64,000 nt of DNA from Candidatus Melainabacteria bacterium (GTDB lineage Bacteria; Cyanobacteriota; Vampirovibrionia; Vampirovibrionales; Vampirovibrionaceae): the NCBI GenBank assembly GCA_902168245.1, contig CABHPA010000167.1, positions 1,202 through 65,201 on the forward strand, in the 5' to 3' direction. This document shows positions 1 through 8,961 of the stretch, piece after piece; positions within the stretch are counted from its first letter, which is position 1; every line of letters starts with the position of its first letter. The translations under genes were made by a program, and so were the position numbers. Under the pieces are notes generated by a model. The model was given only the letters and a program-made list of their open reading frames with translations. It did not search any database and was not told the origin of the DNA.

Positions 1-220
1 GCTGAAGGAAATGGCCAAGGTGGTGCGCGAGGCCATTGCCAAGTTGCCGGAACGGGAAAAGCAGATTATCGAGGCCCGTTTCTTCAAAGGCATGAAAATG
101 CGCGAAATCGGCGAGACGTTCGGCATCTCACCATCCCGAACCTCCCGCATCGTGCAATCCGGCCTGGATAAAGTGAAGCTGGAGCTTCAGCGACGCGGCT
201 ACAACCCGGATTTCAGCTAG
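1..220 (+). CDS. RNA polymerase sigma factor, C-terminal region-4 fragment (FliA/WhiG-like group 3 sigma); 5' end lies outside window
   Basis: ORF open at window start; region 4 HTH motif LPEREKQII..MREIGETFGISPSRTSRIV resembles sigma-28/SigD family; followed by hairpin terminator. Confidence 0.6.
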   Translation, partial: LKEMAKVVREAIAKLPEREKQIIEARFFKGMKMREIGETFGISPSRTSRIVQSGLDKVKLELQRRGYNPDFS

Positions 221-271
221 CTGCCGACATAGGCACAGGCAATGCTACGGGGATTAAACGCATCATGGCGT

Positions 272-306
272 CAGGCCATCCGAAAGGGTGGCCTGATTTG
301 CTTTCC
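272..306 (+). terminator. rho-independent terminator after sigma factor gene
   Basis: 10-bp stem CAGGCCAUCC/GGGUGGCCUG with GAAA tetraloop followed by AUUUGCUUUCC. Confidence 0.55.
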
Positions 307-315
307 GCTAATCTA

Positions 316-1023
316 CTAATCTACGCCGTGTTTGTCGTAAATTTCGTTGCGGAAGAAGTTGCGTTGCCCGTCGTGGCCGTAGGAATCGTTGAACCGCTTA
401 AGAAACAGCGCGATCAGGAATAGCGCCCCGGTCGCGATGCCCAGCTTGGGCAGGCTTTGGAACGGCCAAGTGACCAAATGTTCAATACCGCGACCCAAGC
501 CTTTAAGCCCCTGCTTGGTCACTTGCACAATTTCCCGCTTGAGCGTGGGTGGGATGCTGGTTTTCTTGCACCAGTTCACAAAGCCGCGAATGGGCGCATG
601 CATCCGTCTCGGCCCCAAGGCTCCATATAAGGACGCGATGGCCAAACCGATTTCCAGCGCGTTGGGCTGGATGACATCATGCCAGATGGAGGAAGCCCAG
701 AGTCCCATTACCTGGAACTTTTCCGTCAGGCCGAACGGGCCGAACTGCTTGAACCCGAACCACTTGTGGGCCAGGTTGTCCAGGCCGGGATTGCCCGACC
801 AATGCCCCCAGCCGTACTGGGAGTATTCCACATCGTTTTCTTCCCGAATCTCGGTGGCCTTCTGGTTAATGCGGTCCAGGGCGCCATGAAAGGAGTCGCT
901 AATCCGCCAGAACGCATAGCCAGTGGCGACCGTGGCCGCAAGGGGAACCACCAGGCCAGGCACTTTGCTGATAGTGGTGTTTGTGGCTTGTTGTAAGCCG
1001 CCGTTGCTGATTGGGCCAGTCAT
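316..1023 (-). CDS. hypothetical membrane protein (about 3 hydrophobic segments)
   Basis: 235 aa ORF, diverse composition, hydrophobic stretches; 4 nt downstream of the Pro/Gln-rich gene on same strand (operon-like). Confidence 0.45.
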   Translation of the reverse strand: MTGPISNGGLQQATNTTISKVPGLVVPLAATVATGYAFWRISDSFHGALDRINQKATEIREENDVEYSQYGWGHWSGNPGLDNLAHKWFGFKQFGPFGLTEKFQVMGLWASSIWHDVIQPNALEIGLAIASLYGALGPRRMHAPIRGFVNWCKKTSIPPTLKREIVQVTKQGLKGLGRGIEHLVTWPFQSLPKLGIATGALFLIALFLKRFNDSYGHDGQRNFFRNEIYDKHGVD

Positions 1024-1027
1024 GTTG

Positions 1028-2509
1028 CTATACCCCCTGAATGTTCAGTCTTTGTCCCGCCTGCGAATAGGCGAAACCGGCCGGAGTGGCCTGTTGGGGA
1101 CTCATCATGTTCAATCTGCCGCCCGCGCCGCCGAATTGGGGCGGGCTAGTGCCATTTGTCGCCTGTGGGTCGGGTGGTTGTGGAGGCGGAATGTTGCCGG
1201 AACTGCCCGGCGGTAATACGGGGGGGGGCCAGCCTGCTGCCGCTGAGCCTGTCGGTATGGTGCCGCCCGGCCATCCCGTATATCCTGCTGGCGTATAACC
1301 CGATGAACCGGGGAAACCGCCAGGCGTCGCACCGATATTCTTGTGGTTGCTGAGCGCGGTGTTGTCCGGATTGGCGGCCTGATTCGGGTTATTGGCCTCC
1401 GCTGGCGGCGCGGGCGCTTTCTTCTTTTTAATAGTGCCGGTTTCATAATCGCTCAAAATATCGGAGGCAATGCCGCCTTCAGAGGTCAAATCATCCTTGG
1501 TGGACAATTCCTTTAAACGGGTTTGCACCAAGGGCGATGGGTTGGGGATTTCGCCCATTTTCAGGATCAATTCCCCTCCGGCGCGCACCACCGGGCTGGG
1601 ATCTTGCATGATCTTCTCGGCGAACGCGTCGATGTAAGGCTTGTAATTCGGATCATCCGCCAATTGCGGATGTTTCTCCAGAATTTTGAACAAATCAATG
1701 GTGGCGTCGGCCCGCACTTCTTCCTCCGGGTCTTCCAGCCGTTTGTTCAACTTCTTGATGATCTCATCGCTCAACACGCCCTCATCCAGATCCACCGACG
1801 GTTTTTTCTGCTGCGGTGGTTGGGGCGGCTGTTGCTGTTGTTGTGGTTGAGGCGGCGGCACCGGCGGTTGCGGGGGCTGCTGCTGCATAGGCGGCGGTTG
1901 CTGCCCCTGGTTGGATGATTGAGGAAACTTGCCCTGCGCCTGCGATTGAGATGACGCGGCGGGGTACCCCTGACCGTAAGGTGTTTGCGGCAACTGGGGC
2001 GGATTATTGCCTCGTTGCAGGTAGACCCAGGGCGCCGCAATATGGGGCGGCGGTATTTCCGGCAACGGCGGTATTTCCGCATACGGGCCTACCCAAGCGG
2101 GATTGGAACCGGTCGCGTTGCTGGTTGAAGGTTGGGAAGATAAGACGGAGCCGCTTGCAGAAGCGCCTCCCAATAGTTGGGCCGGTGTCGGTATGTCCGG
2201 CAATGCTCCCAGCCCGCCGCCGGATGGCGTGGTTGGCGTTGCTGGCGAGAACGGCACACTTTGCGCCGTGCTGTATGGCGTTGGCGTGGTGAGCGCGCTG
2301 GCGGCGGTATTCGCGCTGTTTAAAAAGGGAGGCGGCGGCACATAGGGAAGCTGCGTCATGCTTGGCCGGGCCGCCGTAGCCGGTGGGGCCGACAGCGGAA
2401 TGACGTAGCTCGCCAAGGTGTTGGCGTTGGCTCCCGGTATGCCGCCCATAGGTTGATTCACCGTGGTCGCAGCATACGGTTGATTCAAATATGCGGTTTG
2501 CATGCCCAT
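1028..2509 (-). CDS. Pro/Gln-rich low-complexity protein with helical (HEAT-like) central segment
   Basis: 493 aa ORF; long P/Q/S/T tracts, poly-Q/P block QQQPPQPPVPPPQPQQQQQPPQPPQQ, central segment EEEVRADATIDLFKILEKHP..; contains C9 homopolymer. Confidence 0.5.
   Translation of the reverse strand: MGMQTAYLNQPYAATTVNQPMGGIPGANANTLASYVIPLSAPPATAARPSMTQLPYVPPPPFLNSANTAASALTTPTPYSTAQSVPFSPATPTTPSGGGLGALPDIPTPAQLLGGASASGSVLSSQPSTSNATGSNPAWVGPYAEIPPLPEIPPPHIAAPWVYLQRGNNPPQLPQTPYGQGYPAASSQSQAQGKFPQSSNQGQQPPPMQQQPPQPPVPPPQPQQQQQPPQPPQQKKPSVDLDEGVLSDEIIKKLNKRLEDPEEEVRADATIDLFKILEKHPQLADDPNYKPYIDAFAEKIMQDPSPVVRAGGELILKMGEIPNPSPLVQTRLKELSTKDDLTSEGGIASDILSDYETGTIKKKKAPAPPAEANNPNQAANPDNTALSNHKNIGATPGGFPGSSGYTPAGYTGWPGGTIPTGSAAAGWPPPVLPPGSSGNIPPPQPPDPQATNGTSPPQFGGAGGRLNMMSPQQATPAGFAYSQAGQRLNIQGV
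1220..1228. repeat. G9/C9 homopolymeric tract inside Pro/Gln-rich gene (encodes PPP)
   Basis: CGGGGGGGGGCC on plus strand; reverse complement translates to ..GWPPPVLPP.. in frame of 1028..2509. Confidence 0.7.
1800..1900. repeat. imperfect CTG/CGG trinucleotide repeat block encoding poly-Gln/Pro
   Basis: ctgctgcggtggttggggcggctgttgctgttgttgtggttgaggcggcggcaccggcggttgcgggggctgctgctg. Confidence 0.6.
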
Positions 2510-2763
2510 GTCGTGATGACTATCCTAGACCATCCCTTAAAAAAGTGACGTTTCGCCCATGGCCGAGCAATTTTTCGCCAAATTGCGCGGCTTTATAGAT
2601 ATAAAACCAATGATCCGGGTTTTGTTGCTAGGAGTTTGCTAGTATGCATAATATAGGCATACATTGCCATCATGAAGATAATTTTGTCCGCTAGGGGGTA
2701 CGGTACCGGGCGCTATTTGGGCAGTATAGCCTGGCGACAAGGTTTGCTTGGAGGGGAAAGTAA

Positions 2764-3156
2764 ATGTTAATAACCAGCAGGGTTCCCATGCCCTTATCCG
2801 TTCAGTTTAGCGGCAGTCCCAACAACGATAAGTCCAAATGCCAGTCCTCGCCTCCTAGCAGACCAGAAACGCCCACTCCGCCCTCGCTCTTTGACTCTTT
2901 AGATTCGTTGGTGATCAGGGCGGATAAGTGGGGCAAGGAGGCGGAAACCCATGAGGACAAAGCGGAAAACCACCTTTTAAACAGTTTAACCTGTGGAGAC
3001 CAGGAGGAAGAAGAACGGTGGGAGCGTCATCGGGCTTATAGCGGTAAATGCAGGACGTGGGAAGAACAATTTAAGACGGTCTTCCAGAAAAAGGCCCATG
3101 TTCCTTCGGTCAGTTCTCGGCTCAATCCCTTTGCGACACGCAGTAAAGACTACTGA
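2764..3156 (+). CDS. hypothetical protein (130 aa, Ser/Pro/Glu-rich)
   Basis: ORF preceded by AT-rich promoter-like region and GGAGGGGAAAG RBS-like stretch; no recognisable domain. Confidence 0.3.
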   Translation: MLITSRVPMPLSVQFSGSPNNDKSKCQSSPPSRPETPTPPSLFDSLDSLVIRADKWGKEAETHEDKAENHLLNSLTCGDQEEEERWERHRAYSGKCRTWEEQFKTVFQKKAHVPSVSSRLNPFATRSKDY

Positions 3157-3194
3157 TCGGGAGAATCGACAACCGCGCCTTGCCCCCGAACTTT

Positions 3195-3203
3195 GGTAGA
3201 ATG
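3195..3203 (+). promoter_or_regulatory. extended -10 element TGgTAGAAT upstream of response-regulator/kinase operon
   Basis: TGGTAGAATGG about 140 nt upstream of ATG 3345; identical 11-mer recurs at 58809. Confidence 0.35.
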
Positions 3204-3344
3204 GTGAAACAAAGGATGAAGGACATTCCGGCAATCCCGATTTCCACAGTGCCTCCTGCCACATCCGATACAGAGGCTGGTTGGTCTTGATGAATGTTCT
3301 TGGTACAAATGTAGCAGATTAATGGTAATTGGAGATCCCGGTTC

Positions 3345-4061
3345 ATGGTAAATATCCTGGTGGTGGATGACGATCCTGAAATTATCGATCTGCTGCGACT
3401 GGATCTGGAGCTGATGGGGTTCAACGTGGATTCCGCCAACGACGGCCTGAACGCGCTGAAAAAGGCGGAAGCCAAGCCGTATGATCTCATCGTGCTGGAT
3501 GTGATGATGCCCAAGCTGGACGGCTTTGAAGTGTGCAAGCGGCTGCGGGCCAACCGGGTTTCCGCCTCGGTGCCGGTCATTTTGCTGACCGCCAAGGGCA
3601 CTATTGAGGACAAGATTCGCGGCTTTAACGCCGGGGCGGACGATTACCTGGTGAAGCCCTTCGAGTTTCAGGAGCTGATGGTGCGTATGCGGGCCTTGTT
3701 CCGGCGTACCGGGACGCTCAACAAGGAAGTGAACACCCCGAAAAAAGACGAAGTGTTGGCCGCAGGCGACCTGAAACTGATTCCCGCATCGCTGGAAGTG
3801 GTGCATTGCGGCAAGCTGATTAAGTTGACCCCCACCGAGTTCGAAATCCTCTATTGCCTGATGCAGCATGCCGGGGAAGCGGTTTCCCTGGCCGTGATTC
3901 TGCAGGAAGTGTGGGGCTATGAGGCCGATGAGGACGTGCGCATGCTGCGGGTGCATATTGGCGGCCTGCGCCAGAAAATCGAAGCGGACCATAAGCATCC
4001 GCATTACCTGCAAACCGTTACCAACGTGGGCTATCGCCTGAACCCGACCGTAAGCCACTAG
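3345..4061 (+). CDS. two-component response regulator, OmpR family (REC + winged-helix)
   Basis: ILVVDDDPEI, LDVMMPKLDGFEVC, LLTAKG, GADDYLVKPF receiver motifs; C-terminal LTPTEFEIL..VGYRL winged helix. Confidence 0.9.
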   Translation: MVNILVVDDDPEIIDLLRLDLELMGFNVDSANDGLNALKKAEAKPYDLIVLDVMMPKLDGFEVCKRLRANRVSASVPVILLTAKGTIEDKIRGFNAGADDYLVKPFEFQELMVRMRALFRRTGTLNKEVNTPKKDEVLAAGDLKLIPASLEVVHCGKLIKLTPTEFEILYCLMQHAGEAVSLAVILQEVWGYEADEDVRMLRVHIGGLRQKIEADHKHPHYLQTVTNVGYRLNPTVSH

Positions 4062-4126
4062 CAAACGATCCCCAGTAAAACGGCTTTATCCTCCTCTCCT
4101 CATTTTTACCAACGGAGCCAGCTCTC

Positions 4127-6139
4127 ATGATTCGGTTCAACATGCCAAAACTCAGGATTTACCAGCAAATCCTGATTTGCTTCGGCCTGATTGTGACCGT
4201 ACCGCTGGTGGGGGTTACGTTTATCATCAACAACATCAACCAGAAGGCCATGAAAAAGGAAATGGCCCGCTTTACGGAGCATACCGCCGAAGCCCTGTAC
4301 CGGGACTTCGGCACCGAAATGTCCTGGCAGCGTCAGCAAGGGCAAGTGATGGCCCGACTCATGGATTCCGGCCTGAAAACGGGTAGGGGCTTTGATGGAA
4401 CCGTCCTGCAAATCCTCAGCCTGACCCCCAACCTGGATGCGGTGGGGGTGTACGACGCTCGCGGACATCTGTTGCAATCGAAATACCGGAGCTTTCGGGA
4501 AATCAGCCCGGAGCTGAGACTGCCGGACGACTTGCCGGTGAGTGCGGTGGGCAACGCCCAAAATCCGCAGCAATCGCAGCCGTTTCAGGTGATTTACTTT
4601 AACACCGGCAACCCACAGGATAGCCCCTATTTCCTGCGCTCCACCATCCCCCTCTCCGGAAACCTGGATACGCAGTCCAAGCCAGAAACTGGCAAAACAA
4701 GCCTGTCCGCCGGAGTTCCGGCCTATTATGTGCAACAGCAGAATTTCAGCTACCTGCAAAACATGGTGCGCTCCAGCAACTCGTTGTACGGGGCGTTTTA
4801 CATCATCGACAGCGAAGGCTTTATTATTGCCGGGCCGAGCGGAACCGAGTTGCAAGAGCATATCAGCAAAGAGGACTATCAGCAGTTTTCCCACATCAAG
4901 CCGGGCGTCACCCACGAGTTTTCCTCCGCCGCGCTGGCCGATCAGCCGAATCAGCCTCAGGCCGACAATAATAACAAGGATGATGATCCGCCCGCGCTGG
5001 AAAAAGTGATTGTGAAAATGCCGGACATCAACTGGGGCATTATTATCGAATCGCCCTACCACATGAAGCAGAAGTACATTAAATGGGCCGGAACCCAAAC
5101 CATTCTACTAATTGTGGGCTGCCTGCTGATGATTTTAATGCTGGTGCTGCCTTATATTCTGGGCATCAGTCGCAATTTCCGCCAGTTAATCAAAGGCGTC
5201 AAAGCCATGGGGGAAGGCAACTATTTCCGCCGCATCCGGCTGATCACCAACGCCTTTACCCCGTACGAAATCGTGTACCTCACCCTGGAATTCAACCGCA
5301 TGGCCCGCAAAACGGCGGATTCCTGGCAAACCATTCAGGAGGCCAACCGCAAGCTGGCCCAGATGGACGAATTCAAATCCAACCTGATTGACACGGTCAG
5401 CCACGAGTTGCGGACGCCGTTAACCAGCATCAAGGGTTATACCTCCCGCCTGTTGCGTTACGACAGCACCCTGGATTCGGAAGCCCGGATCAAGAGCCTG
5501 AAAATCGTCAAACAACAAGCCGATCGCTTGAGCCGACTGGTGGACGACCTGTTGGTAATTCCCGATCTGGAGTCTGCGGGCTTGCGGGTGTTCCCCGATC
5601 AGGTGGAACTGGCCCCGGTGCTGGAAAATTCGGTGCAGTTTATCCAAGCCAAGGAGCATCGGGAAATTGAAGTGCTAATCGCGCAGGATCTGGACGAAAA
5701 CCAGTCCGTGCTGGCCGATCCGGATCGGCTGGAGCAGATTTTGCTGAACCTGCTGGATAACGCCGTCAAGTATTCCCTGCCAGATACGCCGCTGGAAATT
5801 CGGGTGGCGCATGAACCGTCCCTGACTGAGGGCGATTTGCCCGCTTACTCGGCGGGCAAGGTCGCCATTACGGTCTGCAACCTGTGCGACCCGGTTCCCA
5901 TGAAAAGCCTGGAGGAACTGGACAGCCTGTTCGACAAGTTCAAGCGGCTGGATGACAGTCTGGTACGCACCACGCGGGGCAGCGGGCTGGGCCTGTTCAT
6001 TACCCGAGGGCTTGTAGAGGCCATGGGCGGGGAAATCAGCCTGTTTTACGAGGACGGGCGTTTCCAGGTGCAGTTTACGGTGCCCATTTTCCAGGTTGTT
6101 CCGGGGATTGAGCCGGAAATGACAACCAGCCAGGGATGA
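4127..6139 (+). CDS. sensor histidine kinase (2 TM, periplasmic sensor domain, HAMP, HisKA, HATPase)
   Basis: H-box SHELRTPLTSIKGY; N/G boxes LLDNAVKY, GSGLGLFI; immediately downstream of response regulator. Confidence 0.9.
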   Translation: MIRFNMPKLRIYQQILICFGLIVTVPLVGVTFIINNINQKAMKKEMARFTEHTAEALYRDFGTEMSWQRQQGQVMARLMDSGLKTGRGFDGTVLQILSLTPNLDAVGVYDARGHLLQSKYRSFREISPELRLPDDLPVSAVGNAQNPQQSQPFQVIYFNTGNPQDSPYFLRSTIPLSGNLDTQSKPETGKTSLSAGVPAYYVQQQNFSYLQNMVRSSNSLYGAFYIIDSEGFIIAGPSGTELQEHISKEDYQQFSHIKPGVTHEFSSAALADQPNQPQADNNNKDDDPPALEKVIVKMPDINWGIIIESPYHMKQKYIKWAGTQTILLIVGCLLMILMLVLPYILGISRNFRQLIKGVKAMGEGNYFRRIRLITNAFTPYEIVYLTLEFNRMARKTADSWQTIQEANRKLAQMDEFKSNLIDTVSHELRTPLTSIKGYTSRLLRYDSTLDSEARIKSLKIVKQQADRLSRLVDDLLVIPDLESAGLRVFPDQVELAPVLENSVQFIQAKEHREIEVLIAQDLDENQSVLADPDRLEQILLNLLDNAVKYSLPDTPLEIRVAHEPSLTEGDLPAYSAGKVAITVCNLCDPVPMKSLEELDSLFDKFKRLDDSLVRTTRGSGLGLFITRGLVEAMGGEISLFYEDGRFQVQFTVPIFQVVPGIEPEMTTSQG

Positions 6140-6213
6140 TGTCCCACAGATAAAGGGTTACCAGCGTCTTTTAAATTTAATTCGAATTTCAAATTTGAAG
6201 TCACTTTATATTT

Positions 6214-7494
6214 GTGATAAATTATCGCTATTGCCACCTTGGTCACGTGACAGGATGGGAACCATCGTTGTACAGTTCGTTCCCCCCGAACGGACGGATA
6301 TTTTGCCCGTCTGTTCCTATTCAGCTCTCCAATAATCAACCTGCCTGGCCGGGTAAGAGTAATGCGGCTTCGGTTGAAGCAGCCGCGTCAACGGCTACAA
6401 ACCATGAAACGCCCCAAAAAGGGGATGACGACTATTCCGTGTGGCGGCATACGGCCTTGCGCTATGGTGGCTATGCGGATGAAATGGGTGAGTTTTTAGC
6501 GCCGTACCTTGGCGGTTTGGGTAGGTTTGCGGGATACGGTCTTGCCGCGCTGTATTGTCTGGCCGATATGGGAACCACCCTGCCCAAAAAATACGCCAAA
6601 GGGAGCGAAAACGGGTTGAGCCCCACTCAGAAAACAGTAAAAACCGCCCAGGAGGCGGCGGACTTGGCATTGTTTCACCTGGCGGCCAGCTTGTGGATAC
6701 CGCCCATGCTGATCGGCTCGGTGGTGGATCTGACCAGTAAACTGCTGGACAGCAAGGCCCACGTGGAAATGTCCGGCGATCCGCTGCGAAAAAGGATAAT
6801 GACGGGATTGAACAAGCTGGTGGCCCCCGTCACAAAACAGAGCCAGGGCTGGATCGATCGGCATTGGGTGGAGCCTCTCAAACCGTTTGTGGAAACCCGT
6901 CTTAAAGCGGTGGCCGATCGGCAAATTCAGGCGCTTAATGGACGTTTGGCCCGTGTGGTGGGCGTGTTTGCGAGCTTGTCCGATTGGGTGGCCAAAACGC
7001 CCGGGCTTCGTTCTGTTTGGACCCTGAAGAATGCGGGTGAGATACGCAGGAATATGAAGCAGATTGGGGCCAAGACGCAATTCGGCGTGGATGAACTGAC
7101 ACGGTTGCTGTTTGTAAAACCGCTGCCCGTGCTGATTGGCATTGCCTTGGTGCCGCTGGTTTCGCACCCTTTCGATCAGTTGATGGTATTGTTTGAGGAT
7201 TGGACGCTGCGCCTGTTGAGCGGCAAGAACCGACTGACGCGCCTGCCGGACGGCAAACTGAAACCCATGCGCAACCCCGCCTACTGGCAGGCTGTTGCAG
7301 AAACTTTTCCGGAAACAACAAAGCCCGCAGTTGGAACCTGCCAGCCTGCGCCTTCTGCCGGATATTATACCCAACGGCAACTTTATGGATCGTCGGCAGA
7401 ACGTCCCTTCCAACCGAAAAACGCCTTTGGGGTCTGGGACAAGTCGGGCTTGAGCATCAATCCGGCTAGGCATGGAGAGGCCATTATTCTTTGA
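6214..7494 (+). CDS. hypothetical protein (start codon uncertain; first in-frame ATG at 6484)
   Basis: long ORF with protein-like composition; opposite-strand ORF 6496..7557 is R/Q/H-rich and looks antisense. Confidence 0.45.
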   Translation: MINYRYCHLGHVTGWEPSLYSSFPPNGRIFCPSVPIQLSNNQPAWPGKSNAASVEAAASTATNHETPQKGDDDYSVWRHTALRYGGYADEMGEFLAPYLGGLGRFAGYGLAALYCLADMGTTLPKKYAKGSENGLSPTQKTVKTAQEAADLALFHLAASLWIPPMLIGSVVDLTSKLLDSKAHVEMSGDPLRKRIMTGLNKLVAPVTKQSQGWIDRHWVEPLKPFVETRLKAVADRQIQALNGRLARVVGVFASLSDWVAKTPGLRSVWTLKNAGEIRRNMKQIGAKTQFGVDELTRLLFVKPLPVLIGIALVPLVSHPFDQLMVLFEDWTLRLLSGKNRLTRLPDGKLKPMRNPAYWQAVAETFPETTKPAVGTCQPAPSAGYYTQRQLYGSSAERPFQPKNAFGVWDKSGLSINPARHGEAIIL

Positions 7495-7516
7495 GCAAGG
7501 GCATGTTTTAATGGCA

Positions 7517-7555
7517 GCCGTCAATAAATTACGTTTGTAGTAAATTATTGACGGC
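7517..7555. promoter_or_regulatory. near-perfect 16-bp-arm AT-rich inverted repeat (candidate operator)
   Basis: GCCGTCAATAAATTAC-gtttgta-GTAAATTATTGACGGC (1 mismatch) between genes 6214..7494 and 7608..7898. Confidence 0.3.
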
Positions 7556-7607
7556 ATACAATGAGATCATACCTTTTTGTTGCTTGGTTTGGATGAGGTA
7601 GCAGGGA

Positions 7608-7898
7608 ATGCGATCAGTGCAGTTTGGACATTATGTCCCGATAGAAAATACGGCTGAGGCCAAGGGCGTTTCGCCGCCGTTGCCACCCTTAATTCCGGCT
7701 TCGGCCGCGATGTCGTCCCAGGAAATGCCGACGGCCCTGCCCCCATTGGCAGTTGCATTGCAGCAGGATGCCTTTACCCCTATATCGCCACCGCCAACAA
7801 ACCCGGATACGATGCTTGGCGCGCCTCCTTCCCTTCGGTTTGGCAAAAAAGGCCCGCTGCAAAAGGCGATTGGCAGGCTGTTCGGCCAATCGCGCTGA
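7608..7898 (+). CDS. hypothetical Pro-rich small protein (96 aa)
   Basis: ORF only; preceded by 15-bp arm palindrome; weak support. Confidence 0.25.
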   Translation: MRSVQFGHYVPIENTAEAKGVSPPLPPLIPASAAMSSQEMPTALPPLAVALQQDAFTPISPPPTNPDTMLGAPPSLRFGKKGPLQKAIGRLFGQSR

Positions 7899-7935
7899 GG
7901 TTGCAACCTTACTCGCCCAGTCTGAGCAAGGGGAG

Positions 7936-8940
7936 TCAGAAATTGGGAATCCTGCGAGGGCGCTTTTTCAACGCGCTGGCCCCGGCAGGCCGTAGAGATT
8001 CGACTTGTTCCCACTCCCGACGGGCCAAAATTTCCGAACGGCCATTGCAAAGCATGGCATCCCGATACGGGATGCCTGCCCGGCTTTCCAGGTATTCCAA
8101 CTCCCAATCCGACAACGGCAGGCAGTCGGGCTGTTCCCGATCGGGCGCCGAGGAAAGCCTGGCCAGCGTCCCCCCGCTTTTAGCACCGAGCGGTTGGGTT
8201 TTGGCGACGGTGAACCCGGCTTCCAGCAGGCCGCCCCGGACTGCCGCCGCCGCGCTGTAGGTGAGCAAAAGCCCACTTGTGGGTTCCAGCAGCCGGTAAT
8301 ATTCCCGAAATAGGTCGACACTCCATAATTCCGGCATTTTCTGGGGCGAGAACGGATCGTGGAAAATGGCGTCAAAACCGGGTTTCAGTTTTGTAACGCG
8401 TTGGCGCAAATCCGAAACCCACAGTTCCAGTTCAATCCTTAAACCGCCTGCCAGATCCATCGCCAAAAATCGAACCTCGTCCAACACCCCCTTCGTGTTG
8501 CAGAAACACTCTAGAGTCCGATAATATGCATTATGTTCCGATGGCGGTATTTTATTTTTCAGGGCATCGAAGGTCGGATAGTCCAAAACATGGGGCAAAA
8601 AACCAAGCACTTCCGGAAATCGTTCAATCGCAACCACGGTTACTGTATAAGTTTTTGGGAAGCCTGAACCCGATGACGATCCGGCATTTCGAAAGGAAGG
8701 AAGCTGGCTTGCCATTTCGTTAATTAGCGCCCAACTGTTGTAGCCCAACCCGTAACAGGCGTCCAGCACCCGAATATGGCCTTGTCGCCTGAGCGTATCC
8801 AGCAAACCGGAAGGCCGCACGTAATTGGTGAGGGCTTCGGTATACGCGCCCGCGCTGTTATGGCAAAGTTGGCCGGTTTCACTTTCCACGCAGGAAACGG
8901 ATCCGTCGGCGGTTTTAACAAGTTGGAATTGCGGCGTCAT
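7936..8940 (-). CDS. MnmC/MnmD-like tRNA (mnm5s2U34) methyltransferase domain protein (standalone SAM-MTase, DUF752 type)
   Basis: VLDACYGLGYNSWALI and FDAIFHDPFSPQKMPELWSVDLF motifs; start chosen at ATG (8940) giving 335 aa, the longer track ORF would overlap the divergent neighbour. Confidence 0.7.
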   Translation of the reverse strand: MTPQFQLVKTADGSVSCVESETGQLCHNSAGAYTEALTNYVRPSGLLDTLRRQGHIRVLDACYGLGYNSWALINEMASQLPSFRNAGSSSGSGFPKTYTVTVVAIERFPEVLGFLPHVLDYPTFDALKNKIPPSEHNAYYRTLECFCNTKGVLDEVRFLAMDLAGGLRIELELWVSDLRQRVTKLKPGFDAIFHDPFSPQKMPELWSVDLFREYYRLLEPTSGLLLTYSAAAAVRGGLLEAGFTVAKTQPLGAKSGGTLARLSSAPDREQPDCLPLSDWELEYLESRAGIPYRDAMLCNGRSEILARREWEQVESLRPAGASALKKRPRRIPNF

Positions 8941-8961
8941 GCAACCAAGTCCTTCTGAAAG

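Noticed and set aside
3150-5098. Long minus-strand ORFs (3150..4064, 4106..5098) overlapping the response regulator and kinase genes
   Set aside because: His/Gln/Arg/Leu-rich low-complexity translations typical of antisense frames in GC-rich DNA; the plus-strand genes have clear domain signatures.
6496-7557. 353-aa minus-strand ORF opposite the gene 6214..7494
   Set aside because: R/Q/H-rich antisense-like composition; the plus-strand frame is protein-like.
7899-7910. 12-bp perfect palindrome AGGTTGCAACCT between convergent genes
   Set aside because: Too short and without a loop to act as a terminator; could be chance in GC-rich DNA.
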